Below, piece after piece: positions 39,267-51,285 of a stretch of 64,000 bases of DNA. The notes beneath the pieces are model-generated. The model was given only the letters and a program-made list of their open reading frames with translations, searched no databases and was not told where the DNA came from. Where the stretch lies: NCBI RefSeq assembly GCF_009914755.1, contig NC_060928.1; one strand, given 5' to 3'. A program made the translations under genes and the position numbers. Origin of the DNA: the human T2T-CHM13v2.0 reference genome, Homo sapiens. Every line of letters begins with the position of its first letter. Position 1 is the stretch's first letter.

Positions 39267-39629
39267 TATCCTCATCACATTATGTTTAAGCCCAATGATA
39301 ATTCCTCAAGGAGGTGATTCACCTCCATTTTAGAGATAAGGCACATAGTAGGCACTCAAAAATATGTGTCAAATAAATAATAATCATAGTAGTAGCGGTG
39401 TTGTTTAGTAGTGTCTAACATTTTTGAGAGCTTAACATGTGTCACGGACTTTACTGTAAGTTTTATATCCATCCTCTCACAGCAACTTAAAGGCCACCAG
39501 AAACTAATGTAGCTCTTCAAGGTGACACAATTAAAACATGGAAAAACTAGGGTTTGAACCAAGTTAGGGTTGCCAGGTAAAATATAGGCAGTCCATTTAA
39601 ATTTGAATTCCAGATAAACTGTGTAACTG

Positions 39630-40150
39630 AAAATATATATGGTTTTTACATAAAACGATATAAAAACCATATGTATTTATATATTTAAGACTATTTTTAT
39701 ACATAGCAACATATCTAGTTTACATGTATAGTTTTATATATAGCTTATATATAAACTAGAAACTAGAAATAGAATCATATATAAATATATATAACTATAT
39801 AAAGATATATAAACAAATATATAACTATATAAATACATAGACATATAACTATAAAACTATATAAACTAGGTATATAAGTATATATAGTACAAAACTATAT
39901 ATATATAAACTCTCTATATATACACACATTATATGTATGTATGTATTTTTAATACAGTAGGCCCATATATGTGCATATGTGTAGATAGATATAGATAGAT
40001 AGATAGTAAGAACCAGCTAGAGTAATTTGTATATATACATATATGTGTATATATATATACACATATATAACTGTATATATAGTATAAAACTATATATAAA
40101 CTCTCTCTATATATATACACACGTATTATATGTATGTATGTATTTTTACC
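39630..40150. repeat. (TA)n-rich low-complexity tract
   Basis: Direct reading. Confidence 0.9.
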
Positions 40151-40472
40151 ACAGTTGTTCCCAAGTATCCATGGGTTCAGCATTTGTGGATTCAACCAGC
40201 CACAGAATGAAAATATTTGACAAAACTGAATTTGTAGTAAACATACACAGACATCATTTGTTATTATTACCTAAACAATACAGTAAACAACCATTTACAG
40301 GACATCTACACTGTATTATGTATTATAAGTAATCTAGAGTTGATTTAAAATTTACTGGAGGATATGTGTAGGTTATATGTAAATTCTACACCATTTTATG
40401 TAAGGAACTTGAGCATACATAGATTTTGGTGGATCCGGAACCAATTTCCCACAGACACCAAGAGATGATTTG
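40151..40472. mobile_element. MER2 (Tigger-derived MITE)
   Basis: gtatccatgggttc...ggattcaacca...tattataagtaatctagag...gtaggttatatgtaaat. Confidence 0.9.
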
Positions 40473-42029
40473 GTAAGTATGATATGCAATATTTGGGATA
40501 TACTTATACTATAATAATTATTCATTGTTTATCTGAAATTCAACTTACACTAAACAGTCTACTTTTATTCACGAAACCTGGCAACCCTAAACACAGGAGA
40601 AAAATGATCATGCTTAGGTATTATATTCCCCAGAGATTCAGAGTCTGACCCTCTAAGATCACATCCAGAGTGGAGAAAATGTGTTTTTGAACCCACGTTT
40701 CTGTCTTCTAACTTCCCACTGTTAACCATTAAACAGATGGTCATACATCTTTTTTGTTTTGCTTTTTTTTACAAAGACAGGCTTTGTTTGCTGCCTGTTG
40801 TTTCCTGACAATTATTATTTCCCCTTTCACTTTCAAAAGTGCCTCAGATTTGTTTCATAACTTATATGGCTACCTTTTCACTACCTTACTTCTGCTTAAT
40901 AACCACTCACCGTATATGAATCAAATTTATGTGATAGACAACACATTCCAATGTCACTGACATTGGAAGTCACTTAAAATTAGTTCAAACTGTGATGTCT
41001 AGATACCTAAATGCCTACATGTTCTACACTGTGCAGCTCAACATTCCCCTGCTCTGGCTTCCTTTGTTGTCTCTGTCCATTAAATGGGGAACTGAGGCAG
41101 GTTATTTTCCAGCCTTACTTCTCTGGTTTCATGCTAACCTGTGTCTTGAGTGGGTGGTGCACCTAATTCTATCCCATTCTGCCTCCTCCGGGGAGCTTTT
41201 CCCAGCCTGTTCCCTGGTCTGATTCTGTGCTCCTCATCTGTGTTCCTTTCTCTTGGAGTTGTAACTGCCCTTCCTACATGCCTCTGTAGTTGTCCCTCTG
41301 GTTGTGAATTTCCCAAGGGTGATGGCTCTCACTTGTTTGCTGCTATGGCAGTCCAGTGCCTACAATGTAGCAGTTCCCAATAAATCTCTGCTGAATGAAT
41401 CAAAGAGTGACTACATGGATACATAAAGAAAGACCCAAAGAAGAGAAAGAATGCCTGGGAGAATCAATGAGCATTTAGAACTCCTGGATTCTCTGCACAT
41501 CTGGTCCTGGTGCAGGCATCCGACTGGGCAACTTGGAGGAAGCAGCTTAAAGGCATTATCGCTCCCTGGCCCGCATCACTGACTCCACATGGTCTATCTC
41601 CCAAAATCTGCAAGGGGTTTCTCTGAGCATCTCCCTTCTCACTGAGTTAGAAACAGAAATGGCAATAACACTCACAAACAAAATAGCAATCCAGTCTCCC
41701 CACTGCTGGCCACATATTGTGACTCCTTCAGGATCAATCTCTCAGAGAGAGCGCATCTGTCACAATTTTTCTGCTAGGCCCATAAACAAAGGGTGTCACG
41801 TTGAAAAATGATGCACCTTCTCCTGCGATAGGCCAGAATCCGGTAGCCGAGGTGGCCGGGCCATTTCATGATGAGACCTATGCTCAGCCATCCAAGTGCC
41901 CACGTGGCCAGACCTGTAGCTAAGATAGTTCAGAATCCCTTTTCTTTTCCTGGTGATAGCCAACATCTGCCGTGCGTTCCAATGTGGCAGGTCCTGTTTA
42001 TTTCTCCTGTGTGCGTGGTGTGCCTTTAA

Positions 42030-42420
42030 CAAGGATCTTTCATTTTCATAGCAATTCTATGAAGTAGGTACAATTATTATAACCTCCATTTGACAGGTGA
42101 AAAAGCTGAGGCACAGAGAGTTAAGTCACTTGTTCAATCACCCAGTTAATGCAGGGTAGAGCCTGCCCAGACTGACCACAGGACTGAGCCTGCACCATAC
42201 TTAATGCTAGTTTCAAGGACCTTTACAAGCAGCCTCCTAGTTGATGTTTTCTATCTGTAACTCCCACAAATCTCTCTTGAGTTATTTATTTTAAGCCCAC
42301 TTTTCCAGATGAGAACATTGGGATTCAGTGAAGTTAAATAAATTGTACAAGGTCGTAAAACTAATTTGTGACAGTTTTAGAATTCATACCCAGAAATGTG
42401 TGACACCAAAGCTTGTGCTC
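42030..42420 (-). mobile_element. Two MIR fragments
   Basis: ccatttgacaggtgaaaaagctgaggcacagagagttaagtcacttg; ttccagatgagaacattggga. Confidence 0.8.
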
Positions 42421-42744
42421 GCTCTATGTGTGTGTTTACGTGTCTATACTCAAGATTTAAAAATCAATCAATTCAAAAATTTGTCTCAACTCCCCCATCT
42501 GTGAACAGAGATTTTTATACTCCATGATCATGAATGAATCTTTTAAATCTAATATTCTCTGGTTTGATTATAAGCATGTATTCACTGAGCATCTGTTTTC
42601 TGGCATCCTCAGAAGAAATGAATAGGATCTATGCCCTCTAGAAAACTAACCCATTCAAATATATGAATGATACTGTCATGTCACAGAACCTAACTGAAGT
42701 ATAACCTCAGAACCCAGGGACAGGGTCAAGAAGAGAAAATAACA

Positions 42745-43190
42745 GAGGATTTATTCACTCAGCTATTTTTTGAAAATATGCCTGTTTGGGCCAAGCATTT
42801 TGCTAGGTACTGGGAGTAAAATTGCAAATAAGATAGATAAAGATCTTTCCCTCATGTAGCTCACTACTTAGTGAAAGGCAAACATGGAAAGGGATGAGAA
42901 TCCCTTGTCAGGAGCATTCTACTTGCAGGAGTGGGATTCAAGCAAAGACTTCATGGAAAACAAACCAAGCTTCCACAGTTCCTAAAAGATATATAGCCAG
43001 TCCAAGGGTGAGGATGGATGGAGAAGAATGGACAACCAGTGTTCCAGCCCAAGTGAACATCATGGGTCAAGCAGCATGGAGAAATATCAAAAGCCAAGGC
43101 TACAGGTACAAGCATGGGCCAATTCATGCAGGACCTTGTAAGCTGCACCAAAGAGCTGGAATTTTGTTTTTGTTCTAAGAGCAATGAGAC
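42745..43190 (-). mobile_element. L2 fragment
   Basis: tttattcactcag...gctaggtactggg...tcatgcaggaccttgtaag. Confidence 0.65.
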
Positions 43191-43571
43191 TGATTATCTG
43201 CAAAATATGAGTGAAGATCATTACCAAAAGGCACTTAGCACTTGTGTGCTCTTGGGGAGGTTACATAACTTTTCTTGCCTTAGTTTTATAAGACCTTCCT
43301 TCTAGAAATCATGGACAGAATCCTCATAGAGTTTAGCACAGTGTCTGAGCATCCGGTAGTCTCAGCTATTTTTTTTTTCATTATAATTTGATCACCATGA
43401 TTACCTTAGTAGATGGGTGTGATCATCTGAATTTTGCCATAGAGGAACCTAAGAGTATCTAAGGAACTAGAATGATAGTTACTACACAATTGAAAGACGT
43501 TAAAAGCTAGAAGTATTCACAGGAATCTTCTCTTTAGCTTCCTCTATACCTGTGTCTAAAGATAGCTTCCA

Positions 43572-43852
43572 AGCTGGTCATGGTGCCTCATGCCTGTAAT
43601 CCCAAAGCTTTGGGAGGCTAAGTAAGGAGGATTGCTTGAGGCCAGGAGTTCAAAACAGTCTGAGCAATATAATGAGACCGCATCTCTATAAAAATATTTA
43701 AAAATTAGCTGGGCATGGTGGTGTGTGCCTGTAGTCCTAGCTACTCAGGAGGCTGAGGTGGGAGGATTGTTTAAACCCATGAGTTTGATGTTACAGTGAG
43801 CAATGGTTGCTCCACTGCACTCGCCTGAGCATTTGTACTGTTGCTAAAAAAA
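43572..43852 (+). mobile_element. AluJ
   Basis: ggaggattgcttgaggccaggagttc; ttacagtgagc. Confidence 0.9.
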
Positions 43853-45074
43853 GGGGAAAAATGGTGGCTTCTCTTCTAGATATGTTTGAATAGAAATGGA
43901 GAGCCAGGGAAAGGAAATCAGTCTCTGGTAACAGGACAGCTGCACTCCTGGGGCCAAGCCCCAGGCAGCGCTGCCCACCCATGAGGAAGAGGGCTGATAG
44001 CACAGATGTAAAGGAAAAGAAGCAAGTCTCCAGGGTGTCAAGAAAGAGGCTGCTCAGATTCTGATAATAAGAATCTAAATAGTAACACATGGCTCCAAGG
44101 ACAATTCATTCAATGTACAGAGCTTTAATGGAAATAGGCCCTGAAGACATTCAATATCTTTTGATCTGATTCTATGGCTACCACATAAGCCCCAGCAACA
44201 GGCTTCCATGGAGCTGGGTGCCAGGTGCCATGTATGAAAACTAGATAACTCGTATTAGTAATGATGATGAGGGTGATGGTAACTCTATGGATCACTTCTC
44301 ATGTGCCCCAAAACTGGCTGAGTGTTTTTATCATTATGAATCTTCACAGTCACTGCCCTTCAAGAGCTCACAAAGAACAGCAAATGGACAAGAGACAGTG
44401 AAGAGCAAAAGACCCACAGCAGAGGGTCTGAGTTCGATTCCTGGCTCCAGCAGCAGCTTGGTCTGGGCTCTGACCCCTACCCTCACCTCTCCTACATGGG
44501 TAAGAGCTACATGTTAAGAGCTTTCTGCTACCCACCCTATTTCTTGACTCCATGTCTACATTTATGCTGTTCTGAGAGGCAGAGATAATCTTCACTTTAT
44601 GGAAGAGAAAACTAAGGTTTAGGGAAATGCAATGAAACGTAATCATTAATATTCTCAATATTGTATTAACATGGTTAGAATTGCCAGGACCAGTATTTTA
44701 ACTGTGGACCAAGGGATTCTATCTGCCATGAGCATTCCATGGTTCTGGGCTTCCTAAGGAGTGAGGTGATGGCCAGTCCTGGGGAAAGAAGACAGTGGTG
44801 AGGGCCCACGTAGCAGGCGAGTGGGCCGGTCTAACTGGAAGAGATGCGTGAGCAGGGCTTCCAAAAGGCTGAAAAATTTAGGCCCTGTTTCCATCCTGTG
44901 TCTTTTACAGGATTCAAATGCAAAAGCCCCAGTTTCTCATCATTTCCTGTATCTCCCATAAGGAATCCCTGCGCCATGTAGTAAAACAACATGACCCCTT
45001 GAGTTCAGCTTTATCTCCATGATTTCCAGATCTACAAAAAATGGGAGAAAAATAATAACTACATTTTGCTTATA

Positions 45075-45220
45075 CCCAGTGTGGCCCCTAGACCAGCAGC
45101 ATTGATATCACCTGGGCATTTGTTAGAAACACAGAATCACAGGTCCTACCTGCTGACTTAGAAACTGCATCTTATCAACATCCTGGGTAGCCCTCGTGAA
45201 CATCAAGGTTGGAGAAGTGT
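45075..45220. mobile_element. MER5-like hAT MITE
   Basis: gaccagcagcatt...atcacctggg...ttgttagaaa...gaaactgcat. Confidence 0.75.
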
Positions 45221-45233
45221 TGCATTAGTCCAC

Positions 45234-45593
45234 TGCTGTGGTTCGAACGTGTTCCATAAAAAAAGCATGTGTTGGAAACTTAATCCTCCTTAGGTCATGA
45301 GGGCTCTGCCTGCATGAATGAATGACGGCTGTTATTTCAGGAGTGGGTTAGTTTGCATAGGAGTAGGTTGCTGATAACAGGATAAGTTTGACCCCCTTCC
45401 TTTTGCATTCTCATGTGGGTGTCCTCTCACCTGCCCACCTTCTGCCATAGCGTGACACAGCTCAAAAGCCCTGGCAAGATCCTGGCACCTTAATATTGGA
45501 TTTTCCATTCTCCAGAACTGTGATAAATAAATTTATGTTCTTTATAAATTACCCAGTCTGTGGTATTCTAACAATTCAAAATAGACTAAGACA
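45234..45593 (+). mobile_element. MST (MSTC/D-like) MaLR LTR
   Basis: catgtgttggaaacttaatcc...ggtcatgagggctctgcc...ttataaattacccagtctgtggtatt...gactaagaca. Confidence 0.85.
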
Positions 45594-46104
45594 AGCACTT
45601 TTCTCTAAGTGTAGGTCACCTTCATTGGAATCATCTGAGAGTTCCTTAAAATGCAGATTCCTTGCATCTGCTAATTGAGAGTCCCATGCAAGAGTCCTGG
45701 AATCTGGATTTTCCCAAGTTTCTAGATGGTTGGTAAGGCATCCTAAAGAGAGGAGACTATGTCTAACTCACTAGGCGTATCCATGCTGACAGCAGCCTCA
45801 AGAAATGTGGTTGGTGGACTCCCTAAGCACAGATTGAATTGAAAAAGGGCTGAATCCCTCCCTTCCAGGGCTGCAGCAAGAATTAATGGAGAAAACTGAT
45901 GCAAAAGTGAAAATTCCCTCATAAACTGTAAAGCCCTGTGCACATGCAAAGGAGTGTTTCTACTGTGCTACGACCATTGCCTGGCACAGGGATCCTAATA
46001 GGCCTAGCAAACTGATTTTAGGATTAGACTGATGAAGAAAAAGTTATGAGGGGCAGAGGGAGTAAGAGAGAAACAAAAAGGCAGAGAAAATCGGATTTGA
46101 AAAT

Positions 46105-46106
<2 letters not shown>

Positions 46107-46146
<40 letters not shown>
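46107..46146. repeat. (GT)20 microsatellite
   Basis: Direct reading. Confidence 0.98.
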
Positions 46147-46149
<3 letters not shown>

Positions 46150-46899
46150 AGTGACAGATAGACTGTGGTGGCAAGGAGAGAGAGAGAGAGAAAAAATCAG
46201 AAGCAAAGAAAGGAGGTTGAAGAGACTGAGGCAAGAACTTGGAGAAGAGAGCCGAGTCTGTATCATGCAGGGTGGCATTTACAAAAGGCCTCCTGCGTGC
46301 AAGGGTATGCACTTAATAAAAAATATTTTTAAATAAACTGGAACTGATTTTGAGGAGCCACATTATATAACATCTGTTTGAGTCCTTAAATCCTAACCAG
46401 AACCAATGCCTTAGAAGATGGATTATTACTGACAAGCCTGAACTTTATTGCTCAGAAGAAGCCAATTTTTTCAAAACCAGAAAGCCCAAGGTGGCCTCTG
46501 AGCCTGGACACACACTCTGGGTGACCTTTCATTTTTCAAGTGCCCAGGCTGGAGCCACCATTCCCAGCTTTTGATGTACTCCCAGGTCCTCAGGCTGCTG
46601 CCCGGGCCTTGTCCCATCTCTGAAGCCAGATGGCAAGCAGTCCATCTCTCCCTCCGAAAACTTTCTGGAACACTGTGGGCTCCTCTTTGCTGAAACCATA
46701 CCCAGGGAAGCATCACTTACTTCTTTCTCTGGCACTCTCAGGTGTTCTCATATTCATGGACTCATTTTCCTGCCTGCTGTGCTAAACTCTTGAGAATAAG
46801 TCCTCTTAGGTCATTGACAGAGGGTCATTTGTCAGTTAAGTGCCCAGTGACTAGCACCATATTTGGTGCTGAGGATTACAAGCCTTTTTTGTGTGTCTA

Positions 46900-47179
46900 T
46901 GTGATGGAGTCTTGCTCTGTTGCCCAGGCTGGAGTGCAATAGGCTCACTGCAACCTCCACCACTGGGATTCAAGTGACTCTCCTGCCTCAGCCTCCTGAG
47001 TAGCTGGGATTACAGGGTTTTTTTGTTTTGTTTTTTTTTTTTTTGTAATTTTTGTATTTTTAGTAGAGACAGGTTTTGCTGTGTTAGCCAGGCTGGTCTC
47101 AAACTCCTGACCTCAAGTGATTCACCTGCCTCGGCTCCCAAAGTGCTGGGATTACAGGTGTGAGCCCCTGTGCCTGGCC
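46900..47179 (-). mobile_element. AluS
   Basis: Reversed Alu; a T-run replaces part of the right arm. Confidence 0.92.
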
Positions 47180-47181
47180 TA

Positions 47182-47559
<378 letters not shown>

Positions 47560-47753
47560 CTATTGGATGGAGATAATAGTTCACACTCAGAGGCAGATAT
47601 CTTATTAGATAGTATGGTGTTTCCTACTAAGATTCCATCTCAACATCTGAAATTGTCTCCTCCTATCCTCATAAAAGCAGCCAGCTTCTCCAAGGACTGC
47701 AAACAGAACATAGGCACTACTACTTCTCCTACTAAGTAAAATATTTTTAAATT

Positions 47754-47913
47754 AGCTGGGCCCGGTGGCTCACATCTGTAATCCTAGCACTTTGGGAGGC
47801 TGAGGCAGGAGGATCACTTGAGCCCAAGAGTTCAAGACCAGCTTGGACAATGTACAGAAACCCTGTCTCTACAAAAATTAAAAATATAGTAAATAAATGA
47901 ATAAATAAATAAA
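47754..47913 (+). mobile_element. FLAM / AluJ left monomer
   Basis: Single arm (ggaggatcacttgagcccaagagttc) followed by an A-rich tail. Confidence 0.85.
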
Positions 47914-48988
47914 TCTTTCCAAATCCCCTGTAACCTGTAACTGCAGACCACACCACTTACCAAGTTGTAAAACTGTCACTTAAAAAGCAAACAAAGAAAC
48001 AAGCAAAAATGCCCTGCCATAAAGAAGTGTCTGAGAGCAGAACTTGAGAGCTAAAAGGCCAGCCTCTGTATTTTGCTTGTCTTTCTGGAAAGAGCACACT
48101 ATGAATCAGCTAACCCAGTATGCAAGTACTCTGTCAACGCAGAGATAAGTCATCTCAGGCAAGTTGTTTAACATTACTCTCTAGGGTTCAGATTTTTTCT
48201 TCTATAAAATGTGGATAAAGGTAGTTACCTTCTAGCATTATGTAAACCTCCCTGCATAGCATCTGGCACAAAGTATATGTTCAGTAAATCCAGTTTTGTT
48301 CTCAGTGCTCAGGCTCTCACCTGCGTGTTTTTGCACATGGTGTTCCTTCTTCTTGCAATTCCCAGCCTATTTTGCCTTCCCTTGCAAAGTTCTTCCTTTT
48401 CAAGACCCAGATCAAAAGCCACCTACTTACGCATTCAAAGGTACCCTCCTTGCAAGGGGAAGTACAATCTTCAAATTGCAGTAAGAAAACAAGGCGTCCT
48501 GCTTTCCCGAGGGTACAGCCATTGATCTTCAAAGAATCTGATCAGCTGCTTACCTTGCCAGTGGGGCATCATTTTGAAGTGATTTTCTGTGAGAGATCAC
48601 GCTGTATTGATCTGGTGGGAGGCCAGAGGCCCTGAATATTAAAAAGTAGGTGTTGGGGTGTTGCGGTGAGGAGAGTTGGAAGTTTCCTATTTTATCACTT
48701 CCCTGGAGGATCTGACAGCCCGGAGCTTAGGGGCAACATGAATGTGGTGGGGCTTCAGCTTTGCTGGGAGCCAGAGAGGTCCTCTCCTCCTCCCTCATTT
48801 GCTGTATCAGGTGGATTCTAGATTGCAGTTGGTGGGGCTTGTCATTCTGGTGTGGAAGTCACACCCATTAAAGATGGCCCAACAAAGGTTTATGGTCAGC
48901 TCAGGGCCCTGCCCTCTACTCACCTGAGAAACCAAGCAGAATCTAAAGCTGGCACACTCAGCATCTTTGATGTGTTTACTTACACACT

Positions 48989-49292
48989 TTATTATTTATT
49001 TTATTTCTTTATTATTTTGAGGCAGAGTCTTGCTGTGTTGCCCAGGCTGGAGTGCAGTGGCAAGATCTCGGCTCACTATAACCTCTGCCTTTTAGGTTCA
49101 AGTGATTCTCATGCCTCAGCCTCTCAAGTAGTTGGGACTACAGTCATGTCCCCAGCTAATTTTGGTATTTTTAGTAAAGACAGGGTTTTACCATGTTGAC
49201 CAGGCTGATCTTGAACTCCTAACCTCATGTGATCTGCCCTCCTCAGCCTCCCAAAGTGTTGAGATTATAGGCATGAGCCATCGCACTCGGCC
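48989..49292 (-). mobile_element. Alu (S/J)
   Basis: Reversed dimer. Confidence 0.93.
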
Positions 49293-49439
49293 TACTCACT
49301 TACTTAACTATTAATATCTTTGTATTTATCCCATTCATGATGCTGTCTAGAATGGAAGCCACACACAAAAATGATTAAATACAGTTCCTGGCCTCGGGAG
49401 GTGTATGGATTTGCTAGGTCACAATTAGCACGGCATTTA

Positions 49440-49690
49440 ACAGAAAACAGAACAACAGCAAGAGTTGAGGCTTTAGCGTAAGAACCATTGCGGACAAATC
49501 CTTCTGTCAGGTACTCTCTATGACCTTAGTGAGTTATTGAACCTCTCTGAGCTTCCATCTTCTGAGCTGTAAATGGGGGTAAATGTACAAATGTTACTGA
49601 GCTGTCTCACGGAAATTGGAGCTGGCCTATGCAAATGTCTGGCAGGTGGAAGGTGTAAAATATAATGCAGTGACTATTAGCAATGCTGCA
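49440..49690 (+). mobile_element. MIR
   Basis: tgaccttagtgagttattgaacctctctgagc...ctgtaaatgggg. Confidence 0.75.
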
Positions 49691-49792
49691 GACCTTCCCC
49701 TGAAATGTTCCTATCTCTCCTCCATCTCCACTATCTCCTGAAAGGGGAAGGGAAGAGGCATTTGAATCTTCTCTGTGTTTCACATACCCTAG

Positions 49793-50285
49793 TGTAACAG
49801 GGAAACAGCAAAGGAATGAACATAACTATCTCTATTTTTGTTTAAGGGGCCTTTACCCCTTCCTGTACGTAGGCTGCAGTAATTTTAGGGCACTGAGAAC
49901 TGAGATACTATGCAAAAACAACAATTACGTAGTTTTTAAAACTAAGTCTGAGATTAACACGGAAGTATGTAAACAAACATATTTGTTAAAGATTTATGGA
50001 AACATTGTGACCTGACCAAGGACAAAGAAGTTTCTAACCTCCTTGGATTCTCACTGCCATCCAGATATCTGTGGTTGTTGGTTACCCCTTGATCCCAACC
50101 CGCTTTTCTTCCCCCTGACCTTAACATTAAAAGAGCCTGAATTTTGCACTGACTGAAGATGGTATTTTAGAATGCTGGTTCACCATCTTCTTGGTTTGCT
50201 GGTTCTCTGAATAAATCGGCTTTTCCTTCCACCAATCCTCGTCTCGAGCCTGGCTTTCAAGTAGCCCAACATGGATGTGGTTACA
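49793..50285 (+). mobile_element. ERV1 solo LTR (MER66-like)
   Basis: TGTAAC...GTTACA termini, AATAAA near 50210, cattgtgacctgaccaaggacaaagaagtt. Confidence 0.8.
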
Positions 50286-50389
50286 GTAGCAGGTACTTTA
50301 CAAAGATAGGATGTTTTCTAATCTACCTAGAAATTCAGTGAGGTAGGTATCATTTCAAGTTCATAGGTGAGAAATTTGAGGATGGAGAA

Positions 50390-50418
50390 TGTCTCTCTCT
50401 CTTTCCCTTTCTTTCATT

Positions 50419-50474
<56 letters not shown>

Positions 50475-50645
50475 TTTCTTTCTTTCCTTCCTTCCTTCTT
50501 CCTTCCTTTTCCTTCCTTCCTTCTTTTCTTCCTTCCTTCCTTCTTTCCTTTCTTCCTCCCTCCTTTCCTTTTTCTTTTTCTTTCTTTCTTTCTTCCTTTT
50601 TCTCGCTCTCCTTCTCTCTTTCTTTCTTTCCTTCTTTTTTTTATT
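50390..50645. repeat. Compound (TTTC)n/(TTCC)n pyrimidine tract (expanded Alu tail)
   Basis: About 255 bp of nearly pure C/T. Confidence 0.97.
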
Positions 50646-50930
50646 TGACAGAATTTCTCTGTTTTGCCCAAGCTGAAGTGCAGTGACGCAATCTCGGCTC
50701 CCTGCAACCTCTGCCTTCGGGTTTCAAGCGATTCTCCTGCTTTAGCCACCTGAGTAGTTGGGATTACAAGCACCTGCCACCACGCCTGGCTAATTTTTTT
50801 TCATTGTTTTTAGTAGAGACAGGGTTTCACCATCTTGGCCAGGCTGGTCTCGAACTCCTCACCTTGTGATCCGCCCACCTCAGCCTCCCAAAGTGCTGGG
50901 ATTACAGGAGTGAGCCACCACGCCCGTACC
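50646..50930 (-). mobile_element. AluS inserted in a MIR
   Basis: Reversed dimer; the MIR continues on both sides. Confidence 0.93.
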
Positions 50931-51079
50931 AAAAATGTCTGTTTCTTAACCAAGGTCACACAACTAAGGATTATCCAGGCAGGAATTAATTAGTACCTGA
51001 TGTATTCCATTATGAAAAGTGTGCTCGTTCTACTCTCCCATACTGGGGGTAATAAGGAAGGTATATTGATATCACTCAG

Positions 51080-51285
51080 AGACAGCATTGTGCCATGGTT
51101 AAATGCATAGACTCTGAATCCCAGCTCCAACACGTGCTAGTCATGTGACTTTGGGCAGGTTCCTGAATTTTCCTCTTCCTCAGTTTCTTTTTATTCATAA
51201 ACTGGAGATTCTAAATCAATGTTGATAAGGTGCTTGGAATAGTGGCTGATACCTTATAAATGTTATATAAATGTTTGCTAATTAC
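51080..51285 (+). mobile_element. MIR
   Basis: gaatcccagctcc...tgtgactttgggcagg...cctcagtttc. Confidence 0.8.

Larger units (their letters stand above)
39565..40589. mobile_element. MER53 hAT MITE expanded by AT-rich repeats and a MER2 insertion
   Basis: 14-bp TIRs tagggttgccaggt ... acctggcaacccta; internal aaatttgaattccagataaac. Confidence 0.85.

Noticed and set aside
50367-50773. K/R/E-rich and F/L/S-rich ORFs
   Set aside because: Translations of the (TTTC)n tract and the adjacent Alu
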